29,475 nt of DNA from an uncultured archaeon. GTDB lineage: Archaea; Asgardarchaeota; Lokiarchaeia; Sigyniarchaeales; SOKP01. A program made the position numbers and the translations under genes. Positions 18,579 to 27,731 of the stretch are shown here, piece by piece; the stretch's first letter is position 1; the number at the start of each line of letters is the position of its first letter. The notes under the pieces were generated by a model. It saw only the letters and a list, made by a program, of their open reading frames with translations. It did no database searches and was not told the DNA's origin. The stretch lies in NCBI GenBank assembly GCA_964493715.1, contig CAZBPC010000036.1:1-29475 (forward strand). Reading direction: 5' to 3'.

Positions 18579-19973
18579 ATGGAAGATATAAAGAAGATAT
18601 ATGACGTGGTTATAGTAGGAGCTGGGACCGGGGGAAGCACTGCTGCCCGATTTGCTACCCAAAAAGGTCTTGAAGTGTGTCTCATTGATCGGAAAGTAAA
18701 AAATGAGATTGGAAATAAGATTTGTGGAGACGCGGTAGGTACAGAGATTTTTGATTTTTTAAATATCAAACATCCAATAAATGAAGAATTATCTTGCCAC
18801 ATAAAAGGAGCAAAAATATATTCTCCAAATATGGAGAAATGCATAAATTTATTAGATCCAAAACAAGCTGGTTATATTGTTAATCGTTTAGAATTTGGTC
18901 AACGCCTTCTGGATGATGCTCTAAATGCAGGCGTGACATCTTTTTTAGATGACACCAACGCTTTAGAGTTATTATATGAAAAGAATATAGTATCAGGTAT
19001 AAGGGTCAAATTAAAAAATGGAGAAAAAAGAGAAATCAGAGCCAAAATTGTTATAGATGCTTCTGGATTTTATTCACCACTAAGGAAGACTATAAGAAGT
19101 ACTATTGTTGAAAAAATAATTCCAAAGGAAGATAGTATATTATGTTACCGAGAAATAGTCAAATTTCCTCCATCTGAACATAAAGTACAAGATCCAGAAT
19201 ACATAACTATTATTTTAGATAAAAAACGAGCTCCTGGTGGTTATATTTGGTATTTCCCAAAAAATGAGTCTTCAATTAATATCGGATTAGGAGTATTTAT
19301 GGATTATAAAGGTAAAGTTAAAGAATTTTATCAAAACAATGTATTCAAAACTTATATTAAGACATCAAAGTATGAGATACTCTCATCTGGTGGTGGAGTT
19401 GTACCGATTAGGCGTCCATTGTGGTCATGTGCAGATGATGGGATAATGTTAATAGGGGATGCGGCATGTCAAGTAAACCCTCTACATGGAGGGGGTATTG
19501 ATCCTTCAATGAGGGGAGGATTCTTCGCTGCTAATGCAGCATTTGAAGCGATTCAAAAGGGTGATTATACTCTTAAGTCTTTGTGGAAGTATAATGTTGA
19601 TGTGATGAGAAGTTTCGGAGCGGATTATGCCTCCTTAGATTTATTAAGGCAAGTACTTCAAGTTTTTACTAATGAGGAACTTAATTTCGGATTGGGAAAT
19701 GATTTATTGTCAGGTGAGGAAATCTTAGAAATTTCGTCAACTGGGGGTCTTAAATTATCTATTTTTGATATGGCTTCAAAACTAATTAAAGGGATATCAA
19801 AACCGGATTTACTCTTAGATTTAAATTATCTTCGGATAAGGATGAAAGAAATATCTTCAATTTATAAGAGATTTCCAACAGATTTAAAGGAATTCGAAAG
19901 ATGGAAGTCTAATGTAATAGAGGTTCAAAATAAAGTAAAAAAAATGTTAATAAATACAAAAAGAGTAAATTAA
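18579..19973 (+). CDS. Digeranylgeranylglycerophospholipid reductase (GGR)
   Basis: YDVVIVGAGTGG, KICGDAV, APGGYIWYFPK, GDAACQVNPLHGGGI; operon with GGGPS. Confidence 0.9.
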   Translation: MEDIKKIYDVVIVGAGTGGSTAARFATQKGLEVCLIDRKVKNEIGNKICGDAVGTEIFDFLNIKHPINEELSCHIKGAKIYSPNMEKCINLLDPKQAGYIVNRLEFGQRLLDDALNAGVTSFLDDTNALELLYEKNIVSGIRVKLKNGEKREIRAKIVIDASGFYSPLRKTIRSTIVEKIIPKEDSILCYREIVKFPPSEHKVQDPEYITIILDKKRAPGGYIWYFPKNESSINIGLGVFMDYKGKVKEFYQNNVFKTYIKTSKYEILSSGGGVVPIRRPLWSCADDGIMLIGDAACQVNPLHGGGIDPSMRGGFFAANAAFEAIQKGDYTLKSLWKYNVDVMRSFGADYASLDLLRQVLQVFTNEELNFGLGNDLLSGEEILEISSTGGLKLSIFDMASKLIKGISKPDLLLDLNYLRIRMKEISSIYKRFPTDLKEFERWKSNVIEVQNKVKKMLINTKRVN

Positions 19974-19992
19974 TTATAATCAGTTAAAAAAA

Positions 19993-20811
19993 ATGGTAAA
20001 TGTTTTGTCAAGCAAAATTATTGAATTCAATACTTATAAATACATCATAAACAAACTAAACAAGGAAGGAGCATTACATTTTTCCTTAATCGATCCTGAT
20101 CCTGTTAAACAAAGCACAAAAAAGGCTGCAAAAATGGCTAAATATGCTGAAACGGCGGGATCAGATGCGATTCTTATAGGTGGGAGCACTATCTTTGATC
20201 AAAGATTTGTAGATGATACCATCATTGCGATTAAGGAAGTTGTGGATATACCTGTAATTATCTTCCCTGGTGGAATCTCAAATGTTTCAAGAGAGGCGGA
20301 TGCCATTCTTTTTATGTCTCTATTAAATTCCGAAGATCCATATTTTATTATTGGTCAACAAGCACTTGCATCATATACTGTTAAAAAAGCTAATTTAGAA
20401 CCTATTTCTACTGGTTATTTGATCATTGAACCGGGAGCTACAGCTGGATGGATCGGAAAAGCCAAGTTGCTTCCAAGAAAGAAACCAAAATTAACAGCAG
20501 CATATTCATTAGCAGCAGAAATGCTTGGTTTTAAAATAATTTATTTAGAGGCGGGATCAGGGAGTGAAAGAATACCTGCTGATATCATTCAACTCTGCTC
20601 AAATTTTGTGAACATTCCTATTATTGCAGGTGGTGGTATCAATTCAAAAGAAATAGCTAGAGAATTTGTAAAAGCTGGAGCGGACATTATTGTAATGGGT
20701 ACATTTTTAGAAGATAACATTTTAAAAGATAATGGGACTTCCCTTAAAGTCATAATAGATGAAATAAAAAAAACGGGAAAAGAATGTCCAAAAACATTTT
20801 GTTTAAAATAA
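19993..20811 (+). CDS. Geranylgeranylglyceryl phosphate synthase (group II GGGPS)
   Basis: SLIDPD, DAILIGGS, IIFPG, ADAILFMSLLNS, GYLIIEPG.TAGWIG, YLEAGSG, GGGI. Confidence 0.95.
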   Translation: MVNVLSSKIIEFNTYKYIINKLNKEGALHFSLIDPDPVKQSTKKAAKMAKYAETAGSDAILIGGSTIFDQRFVDDTIIAIKEVVDIPVIIFPGGISNVSREADAILFMSLLNSEDPYFIIGQQALASYTVKKANLEPISTGYLIIEPGATAGWIGKAKLLPRKKPKLTAAYSLAAEMLGFKIIYLEAGSGSERIPADIIQLCSNFVNIPIIAGGGINSKEIAREFVKAGADIIVMGTFLEDNILKDNGTSLKVIIDEIKKTGKECPKTFCLK

Positions 20812-20832
20812 ATAGCGCTAGGTGTTTTTGAT

Positions 20833-21705
20833 TTGAGGTTGAAGGATACTATTGAAATACTTCGCCCTATTAATTGTTTAATGGGAGCTTTAACAGTAAT
20901 AATCGGCTTATTAAATACAAGAACTTCTATCTCATTCCCTTTAATTGTTTCTAATTTCATTTTAGGAACTTTAACTTATATATTTCTGGCAGGTTCTGGA
21001 ATGGTAATTAATGATTTCTATGATTATGAAATTGATAAAATAAATCGACCAGAACGACCTATTCCCAGAGGATCTATTAGTCTAAATCAAGCAAAAATGT
21101 TGTTTTTTATATATTTATCAATTGGGTTACTATTTAGTGTACTTAACGTTATGATATTTAATTTAAATTACACTATCGTTGTTATAGCTACCTTTTTTGG
21201 ATTTATAGCATGGGTTTATGCAAAATGGGGTAAAAAAAGTGGATTTCCTGGAAATATAATTGTTAGTATTTCATTTTCTATTGGAATGATTTATGGGGCA
21301 TTACTAAATAGTTCACTAATTCCTAACTATATTTACTACTTCTTTTTAACTTCGTTTTTTCTGCTTTTATCACGTGAGATAATTAAGGGATGTGAGGATA
21401 TTGAAGGAGATAAAAAAGAAGGGGTAAAAACACTTGCAATTCGGATTGGTACTAAAAAAGCAACCACCTTTAGCATGATTTCAGCCTTATTTGCTTTACT
21501 ATTCTTCATTTTACCTCTCTTTACAAATATAATAAATCCTTTTCTATTTTTAATAACAATGAGCTCTGGATTAATAATTGTTGTTTTTGCAATTTACCAT
21601 ATGATTAAATCAACTATGCAAAGAAACGATTTTAAGCGTATAAGCTTATTTTTAAAAATAGGAGCACTATTAGGATTATTATCATTTGTTTTTGCTAGTT
21701 TATGA
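20833..21705 (+). CDS. Digeranylgeranylglyceryl phosphate synthase (UbiA family, DGGGPS)
   Basis: LRPINC, NDFYDYEIDKINRPERPIPRG, REIIKGCEDIEGD...G.KTL; follows GGGPS. Confidence 0.92.
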   Translation: MRLKDTIEILRPINCLMGALTVIIGLLNTRTSISFPLIVSNFILGTLTYIFLAGSGMVINDFYDYEIDKINRPERPIPRGSISLNQAKMLFFIYLSIGLLFSVLNVMIFNLNYTIVVIATFFGFIAWVYAKWGKKSGFPGNIIVSISFSIGMIYGALLNSSLIPNYIYYFFLTSFFLLLSREIIKGCEDIEGDKKEGVKTLAIRIGTKKATTFSMISALFALLFFILPLFTNIINPFLFLITMSSGLIIVVFAIYHMIKSTMQRNDFKRISLFLKIGALLGLLSFVFASL

Positions 21706-23121
21706 GTTAAGTCTTTTTAAAAATCTAAGAATATCTCCAATTTTCTTTTTTGTAACAAGCTGTTGAAGAGAGACTATGCCATTATTATCCAAATTATGAG
21801 GAAAAGTTCTAATTAGACCTCTTACTTGAGTTAAACCCAGATACTTTCTTGTATAATTGGCATTTGAATATTTATATGTTGTGAGAAATTGTGAGTCAAG
21901 TGTATGCCTAAAATGCTCTAAAATAAAATTAAAATATTCTCTAAGTAATTTTTGATCAGTAATGGACAATTGGGGGTATAAAAAAACATGTATGGGGTGC
22001 GTGCGATAAGCGTTTCCCGAAACATAAATTCCACTAGCATTGAAATCATCTGGAATAATTCCTAATCCTACTCTTCCATCATCTGAACCACTATCGACCG
22101 TCTTTGTATATAAGATATTTGAATTGATTTTATCATTCAATTCTTTATTTACATCAATAGTTAATCTTTTATATTGATGATGTTCATATTTGTTTGCATC
22201 AATTACCTCAACTCGACAGCGACCATTATTTTGACTAACTTCATCCTTTGAAAGATAAAATTTGACAATAAGTGGATTCTTTCTCCTATAAGTTTCTATA
22301 AATTCATCAAAAATTGAACCTGCACGATATTTATATTTAGGATTAAGTTTAAAATTTCGATTTAGAATAATATCTTTTTTTTTAATTTTAATTCCATTAA
22401 AATCTTGAATATTAGATGAAGGTATCTGTTTTTTACTAAAGAAACCTATACAAATGTTTGTTCCAGTAAATTCAAATACTTTTATCTCGAAAATTATCAT
22501 TTTAATAATTTGGTACTCTCTTAAAAAATCCATTCGAAATTTATTTGATACAGATGATCCAAAAAGAAAGTTAGAAGGAATTATATAGATTATATTTTGA
22601 ATTTCGTTCCTTAAATCATTCATCATGGCAATTTGATATAAATCTTGATATCCTTCATTTTTTTCTTTAAAGTATTTCAAATATTTTTTCGTCTCATCGT
22701 GTTTAGTGATATATCCAAGATATAAGTAAGGGGGATTTGTAATATGATATATAGGATATTTTTTCTTTTTTAATGATTCAGGGAAATTATTTAAATTATC
22801 TCGAACAAAAATATTATTTTGAGCCACATTTTCAGGGATTCCGTAAGAAATCGCGTTATCAATACATCTATCAACCATTTCTTGATGAATATCATAAAGA
22901 AACATGTGTTCTTTGAAAAATCTTACTCTTTGATCTTGAGAAAACTCTTCTAAAATGGGTAATACAAGATTACCTTCTCCAGCAAATAAATCTACCCACA
23001 AATATTGATTCATATTATCCTTAATGTGAGGAAGAATGAATTCGTTAAACAATTCTTTTGAAGTTAAATGAATTCCGTATTGTCTCCGAAATTTCTTTTT
23101 TTCCTTTTCAGTAGAATCCAT
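21700..23121 (-). CDS. Amino-methyltransferase (m6A/m4C DNA MTase-like, NPPY), orphan
   Basis: YGIHLT, motif I WVDLFAGEGNL, motif IV ITNPPY, DLYQ, IIPSNFL; 6-nt convergent overlap with DGGGPS. Confidence 0.78.
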   Translation of the reverse strand: MDSTEKEKKKFRRQYGIHLTSKELFNEFILPHIKDNMNQYLWVDLFAGEGNLVLPILEEFSQDQRVRFFKEHMFLYDIHQEMVDRCIDNAISYGIPENVAQNNIFVRDNLNNFPESLKKKKYPIYHITNPPYLYLGYITKHDETKKYLKYFKEKNEGYQDLYQIAMMNDLRNEIQNIIYIIPSNFLFGSSVSNKFRMDFLREYQIIKMIIFEIKVFEFTGTNICIGFFSKKQIPSSNIQDFNGIKIKKKDIILNRNFKLNPKYKYRAGSIFDEFIETYRRKNPLIVKFYLSKDEVSQNNGRCRVEVIDANKYEHHQYKRLTIDVNKELNDKINSNILYTKTVDSGSDDGRVGLGIIPDDFNASGIYVSGNAYRTHPIHVFLYPQLSITDQKLLREYFNFILEHFRHTLDSQFLTTYKYSNANYTRKYLGLTQVRGLIRTFPHNLDNNGIVSLQQLVTKKKIGDILRFLKRLNS

Positions 23122-23268
23122 GATAATCTGTGCATTATAATGACGTATTGATTAATATAAGGATTAGGTTTTAATAAGAAAAATTGGGCTCCAAATTTTT
23201 AATAAATGATTATTGATAATTTCTACTTAAATACAAATTAACTAATGCAAAAAAGGTAAGTGATTTAA

Positions 23269-24516
23269 ATGAGTGTAGTAAAAAATCTATTACTAGTCGA
23301 TTTTCTTGCTCAAGTAAAGAAGAAATTGCCTGAATGGTTGAAGTGGAAGGAAGAAGATCTTAAAAACATTTTAGATGATCTAGAATCTCAGATAATGAAC
23401 GAAGCTCGTATTATCGCAGGTGGAGATGAACCAAGTGATAAAGACATTCGAGATGCGATTTTGAACTTTGGATCTCCTGAAAGCATTGCTAAGCCATACA
23501 AATCGCGTGGTACTCCCAAATTTTTCCTTACTCAAGAATTATTCGAATTTTATGTTCGAACTCTTTTCTTCTTTTTTGGAATTATAATCTTGATTAACAT
23601 CATTGTGTCAATTTTCAGATTCTTCATTACGCCTTGGTGGACGGTATTGGGAGATATGTTTGGGGGAATGTGGGTTGGATGTTTAATTGCTGCTGTATTT
23701 ATAACTGTTGTATTTGTTTATTTTTCAATGGAAGGATTCTTACCAGAAGATTTTGGAATAATTCCTAAAAGACTTGCTTTAATTTTCCCTTTCAATCTTA
23801 CGGAAGAAGAAATCGAAGAAAATAGAAGATATACGAAGATGAAGATAGAAGAAATTCGTCTAAATAGAGAAGCAAAATTAGGTAAAGCTAAATCTCTAGT
23901 TAGTGAGAGGTTTGCTGAAGCTCAATTATTTAGGGAAGAAAGACACAAAGAAGCACAAATTTTGAGAAGACAGAAAGCTGCTGAAGCAAAATTTTTACGA
24001 AAACAAAAAGTTGCTGAAGCTAAAGAAAAACAGAAACTCAAGAAGAAATATCCTGTCACGGTTGGAGACCTAGTGTTTGGAGCTGTAGGAGGAATAATTT
24101 TTGGACTACTTCTCATCCTCCAACCATTTGCTGATATAACTGGATTATTTGATCCAATATTTCTTAATTGGCTTAAGTTATTTGGTCTATTAATCTTTAT
24201 TAGTGGATTATTTAGTTTAGTTAGATTAGCGATGGGTGTAAGAAACTACACCGGTCAACAAATTATGCTCGCATTACTCGCCGGCTATAATCTGATCTAT
24301 ATTCCACTATTCTTGTTACTGCTAAACCAACCCGAAATATTTCCGATTTCATTATTTTCTGGAGGTATAATTACAAGTATAACCGTGGATCCAAGTTCAT
24401 TGGCTTATATCATATATTTCTGGGCAATTATTCTCATTTGTATAGGAATAATAGCAGGATTGATTGAAAAAGTCTATAAAATATCCAAACTCCAAGATCT
24501 TAAAAAGGATTATTAA
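23269..24516 (+). CDS. HAAS-domain multi-pass membrane protein with cytoplasmic coiled-coil insert
   Basis: N-terminal FLAQVKKKLP..ILDDLESQI..AILNFGSPESIAKPY (HAAS/DUF1700-like); about 6 TM; paralogue of 26665..27699. Confidence 0.75.
   Translation: MSVVKNLLLVDFLAQVKKKLPEWLKWKEEDLKNILDDLESQIMNEARIIAGGDEPSDKDIRDAILNFGSPESIAKPYKSRGTPKFFLTQELFEFYVRTLFFFFGIIILINIIVSIFRFFITPWWTVLGDMFGGMWVGCLIAAVFITVVFVYFSMEGFLPEDFGIIPKRLALIFPFNLTEEEIEENRRYTKMKIEEIRLNREAKLGKAKSLVSERFAEAQLFREERHKEAQILRRQKAAEAKFLRKQKVAEAKEKQKLKKKYPVTVGDLVFGAVGGIIFGLLLILQPFADITGLFDPIFLNWLKLFGLLIFISGLFSLVRLAMGVRNYTGQQIMLALLAGYNLIYIPLFLLLLNQPEIFPISLFSGGIITSITVDPSSLAYIIYFWAIILICIGIIAGLIEKVYKISKLQDLKKDY
23848..24045 (+). repeat. Degenerate in-frame 33-bp (11-aa) tandem repeat, ~6 units
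   Basis: EEIRLNREAKL/GKAKSLVSERF/AEAQLFREERH/KEAQILRRQKA/AEAKFLRKQKV/AEAKEKQKLKK; gctgaagc recurs at 23914, 23980, 24013. Confidence 0.65.
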
Positions 24517-24553
24517 ATTTTATTTATATTTTTTTCTTGCTTATTTTTATTAT

Positions 24554-25264
24554 ATGTGTGGATATAAATCGATTGCTAAAGTTCTCGTTGATCCAAAGAT
24601 AGTTAGAATTGCAATAATAATCAACTTGTTAACTTTTATTCCTGGGTTAATATTATCCGTTTTAATAGCTAATTTCTTTGGCCCTCAAGGTTATAATATT
24701 TGGGATAACTTCATCAGTGATCTTGGATCGATTAAATATACTCCAGTTCCTTTTATATTTGATTTTATAATAATATTTGGAGCTATTCTCACAATACCCG
24801 CTTTTCTTTATAATAATAAGTTTTTGATGGAAGGAACTCGAGACATTATTTTAAATTCATCAGAGAAAATTTGGAAGAGAATTCATTATGTCTTCATCGA
24901 TATTTGTACGATTTTAGGGTACTTTTTCCTATTAATAGGATCAGTTGGAATGTTCGGGATTGGAATCTTCAGCATAGATAGGTCTCCTCCCATCCATCAC
25001 TTCTTTTCATTTTTTGTGTTTTTTGGCTTGATATTTGGAGCATTATTCGCAGGAATTGCAATTCTCCTTAAAAAGGTAATATGTCCTCATCTCCTGGGGC
25101 TCTATATGATTATTGGACCTTTTATGGGAGGTTTTTTATTTTTAAACCCCCCTGTATCATTTAGTGCTCAATTCCTAGAATGGATAATGTTGTTTACTCA
25201 GCAAATTTGGCTCATACCAGCTGGTTTTTATACATTGCATCATATCCAAAAAAAAAGGCTTTGA
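24554..25264 (+). CDS. DUF998/Frag1-DRAM-like membrane protein
   Basis: YNIWDNFISDLG, GIFS....IH..FS, LEW motifs; ~6 TM; ATG 24554 preferred to the overlapping 24464 start. Confidence 0.7.
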   Translation: MCGYKSIAKVLVDPKIVRIAIIINLLTFIPGLILSVLIANFFGPQGYNIWDNFISDLGSIKYTPVPFIFDFIIIFGAILTIPAFLYNNKFLMEGTRDIILNSSEKIWKRIHYVFIDICTILGYFFLLIGSVGMFGIGIFSIDRSPPIHHFFSFFVFFGLIFGALFAGIAILLKKVICPHLLGLYMIIGPFMGGFLFLNPPVSFSAQFLEWIMLFTQQIWLIPAGFYTLHHIQKKRL

Positions 25265-25269
25265 TGTGT

Positions 25270-25941
25270 TCAATCCTTCAATACAACTTCTAATGTATTC
25301 CCATTTGAATCGAAACATTTTATACAATCCATATTGTCATAGGGATACCCTAATAACATGGTAAAATGCCTTTTTTTAAAAATTAAGTTAAGTTCTTCGT
25401 TGCTGGAGAGGTCTCCTGATGGTCGTGAGATGAAAGTACCTTCATTTGAAGCATCTAAAGGAATGTTACAAGTTGGTCTAAAAATTTCAAACTCCTTCTC
25501 TGGATCACTACAAGATCTTGAAGGTAATACATATTCAGAGACTACCCCTTTTTTAACACTTAAAAGCCCCACTAACTTATGAGGGTGTTGAGTTTTGCAA
25601 ATATCCATTAAAGCATAAAGAAAATCTTTACGTATTAGAATTTGGTTTAATTCCATGCTTTCGATAAGAAGAAATATTTCTTTCAATAGTTCTACAATCG
25701 ATATCGGAGGATAATCCTTCCAATCTCTCAAGGAAGAGACTATACGTTGTAGTTTGAAGTGCCTACCCTCATAATTTAATAATTGTGCTTTAGGTTTCTT
25801 TGGGTAATTCTTGAAGTTTAAATCAAGAAAGACATCCCTTTTTACTTGAAACCTTAGATGATATTTTTTATTAGAGATACATTCTATATCCGGGAACGTT
25901 TCAATAATTTCATTATATTGTTCTTCAATAATATCAATCAT
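25270..25941 (-). CDS. UBC/UEV-like domain fused to catalytically inactive JAB/MPN domain
   Basis: aa 1-95: NYPKKP and LRDW..PISIVELLKEI (E2-fold hallmarks); aa 100-223: HPHKLVGLL, GTFISRPSG, LGYPY, CFDSNG match archaeal Mov34 with E/HxH/D lost. Confidence 0.65.
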   Translation of the reverse strand: MIDIIEEQYNEIIETFPDIECISNKKYHLRFQVKRDVFLDLNFKNYPKKPKAQLLNYEGRHFKLQRIVSSLRDWKDYPPISIVELLKEIFLLIESMELNQILIRKDFLYALMDICKTQHPHKLVGLLSVKKGVVSEYVLPSRSCSDPEKEFEIFRPTCNIPLDASNEGTFISRPSGDLSSNEELNLIFKKRHFTMLLGYPYDNMDCIKCFDSNGNTLEVVLKD

Positions 25942-26089
25942 TACTTACTAAATAAAATTTGAATCCTAAAAATTTTTCCATATGCTTTTTATTTTAATTT
26001 GAAACATCACTTTTTATTAAAAAATTTTATAAAATCATATTAGACTCTTGGAGATATTATTTTAATTACTGTGAATTACAATGGATAGG

Positions 26090-26097
26090 TTTAAATA
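26090..26097 (+). promoter_or_regulatory. TATA box candidate for PadR operon
   Basis: TTTAAATA 54 nt upstream of ATG 26151. Confidence 0.4.
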
Positions 26098-26150
26098 CTA
26101 TTACCGATATACATTATTATGGACACTATACCAAACTAGGTAAAAAAAAA

Positions 26151-26672
26151 ATGATAAAAAAAGTGAAAGGATTGGATCCTGAATTCAAGGAATACGCATC
26201 GAAAGTGGAATCAGAAATCAACCGAGGAATCTCAACGATATGCATTTTATCAATCATCAATGGATCTCCCGAAAATGGTATACATGGTTACCAAATTTCA
26301 AAAGATCTCGAGGAACAAACAAATTACATGCTAATTATTGAAGAAGGAACGCTTTATCCATTATTGCGAAAATTGGAGGAAGATGGATTGATAAAATCAT
26401 ATAGAGAGGAAGGTGGCAGAAGGCGTAAGTATTATTCACTTACAACATATGGTAAAAAAGTATTTAACTATTTGTCAGGGTTTTATTCTAAACTGATTGA
26501 AGCCATTGGCCCTTTATTTGATGTGAATGTAAATTTGAATCAAGATCGATATTTATTTTGTCCAATGTGTGCAAACAAAATTAAACTTACGAATACGGAA
26601 TTAAAATTTTGCGATGCATGCGGTTATAATCTTGAAAACGATTTGAGTACAAGAGGTTTAAAGAATGAATGA
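26151..26672 (+). CDS. PadR-family wHTH regulator with C-terminal zinc ribbon
   Basis: HGYQI, EEGTLYPLLRKLEEDGLI, RRRKYYSLT..G; CPMC...CDAC. Confidence 0.92.
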   Translation: MIKKVKGLDPEFKEYASKVESEINRGISTICILSIINGSPENGIHGYQISKDLEEQTNYMLIIEEGTLYPLLRKLEEDGLIKSYREEGGRRRKYYSLTTYGKKVFNYLSGFYSKLIEAIGPLFDVNVNLNQDRYLFCPMCANKIKLTNTELKFCDACGYNLENDLSTRGLKNE

Positions 26673-27699
26673 AATTAGAAATGTGAACGTGCAAAATATG
26701 ATAAAATCATATTTAAAAGACGTGAAAAAGGCTCTCCCAGATTGGTTAAAAGAAAAGAAGGAACATAAAGAAATTTTAACTGACCTAGAAGAGCATATAT
26801 GGCAAAAAGCATCAGAATTATCGGGCAATAATGAACCAACGGAAGAATCGGTTAAACTAGCAATTGAACAGATGGGTAAACCAGAAACAATTGCAAAGGA
26901 ATACAAAAGGAGAGGCGAGCCAAAAGTATATATTACTAAAGAGATGTGGCCAGTCTATATAAAAGTGCTATGTATAGTTTTTGCAGTGATATTTGGTTTA
27001 CAAATATTAGGATTAATCATATCAGCATTAACTGAGCTTGTTAATTTTTGGGATATGATTGGAGGGCTTATAGCAGGAATACAAAATGGTTTATTATTTT
27101 CATTTACAATAGTGACGATTATTTTTGTCGTATTATCTATGGAAGGATATTTCCCTGAAGATTTTCAATCTAAAAAAGATCAAAAAAAACAGAGAGAATT
27201 AATTGAACTAGCTGCTGAAGAAGGATTACCTATCTCTAGAACTGGAAAGTTAATGAAACCCTTCATTAAACCAATTGGAGAAATTATTGGTGGAGGAATA
27301 GCCATAATTTTTGGATTAATCTTCTTAATCCAACCTTTCCCAGCTGTTATTTTCTTTCCGGAATTTCTTCTTTTACTCCGTGGTTTTGGTTTGATTTGGT
27401 TGATCGAAGGATGTTTAAATATATCAAGAGGAATAATTGGAAACCATCATCCCGAAAAACATCAAGTAATTCATGGATTTTTGATTTTAGTAAAATTGTC
27501 AGCGGTACCCCTACTAATTATTTTGATGAATCAACCTGAAATCTTTCCAATCTATTCGGAAATGTGGGTACCGGTAGGAATCCCTGTAGAACTTTATGAT
27601 ACATACCGAGGAATCGTCGCAGTTGTGATAGTCATTGTTTGCCTTACAACATTAGAAGATTTTTACAGAATTTTTAAACTTCAAAAATACAAATACTAA
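26665..27699 (+). CDS. HAAS-domain multi-pass membrane protein, coupled to PadR
   Basis: YLKDVKKALP..EILTDLEEHI..AIEQMGKPETIAKEY; about 6 TM; 8-nt overlap with padR stop. Confidence 0.8.
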   Translation: MNEIRNVNVQNMIKSYLKDVKKALPDWLKEKKEHKEILTDLEEHIWQKASELSGNNEPTEESVKLAIEQMGKPETIAKEYKRRGEPKVYITKEMWPVYIKVLCIVFAVIFGLQILGLIISALTELVNFWDMIGGLIAGIQNGLLFSFTIVTIIFVVLSMEGYFPEDFQSKKDQKKQRELIELAAEEGLPISRTGKLMKPFIKPIGEIIGGGIAIIFGLIFLIQPFPAVIFFPEFLLLLRGFGLIWLIEGCLNISRGIIGNHHPEKHQVIHGFLILVKLSAVPLLIILMNQPEIFPIYSEMWVPVGIPVELYDTYRGIVAVVIVIVCLTTLEDFYRIFKLQKYKY

Positions 27700-27700
27700 A

Positions 27701-27730
27701 TTTTATTTTCTTTTTATTTATTTTTTTTTC
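27701..27730 (+). terminator. Oligo-T archaeal terminator
   Basis: ttttattttctttttatttatttttttttc immediately after TAA at 27699. Confidence 0.55.
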
Positions 27731-27731
27731 T

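Noticed and set aside
24464-24553. Extended N-terminus of the DUF998 ORF from the track
   Set aside because: Overlaps the upstream gene by 53 nt and spans a T-rich spacer; ATG 24554 is more plausible
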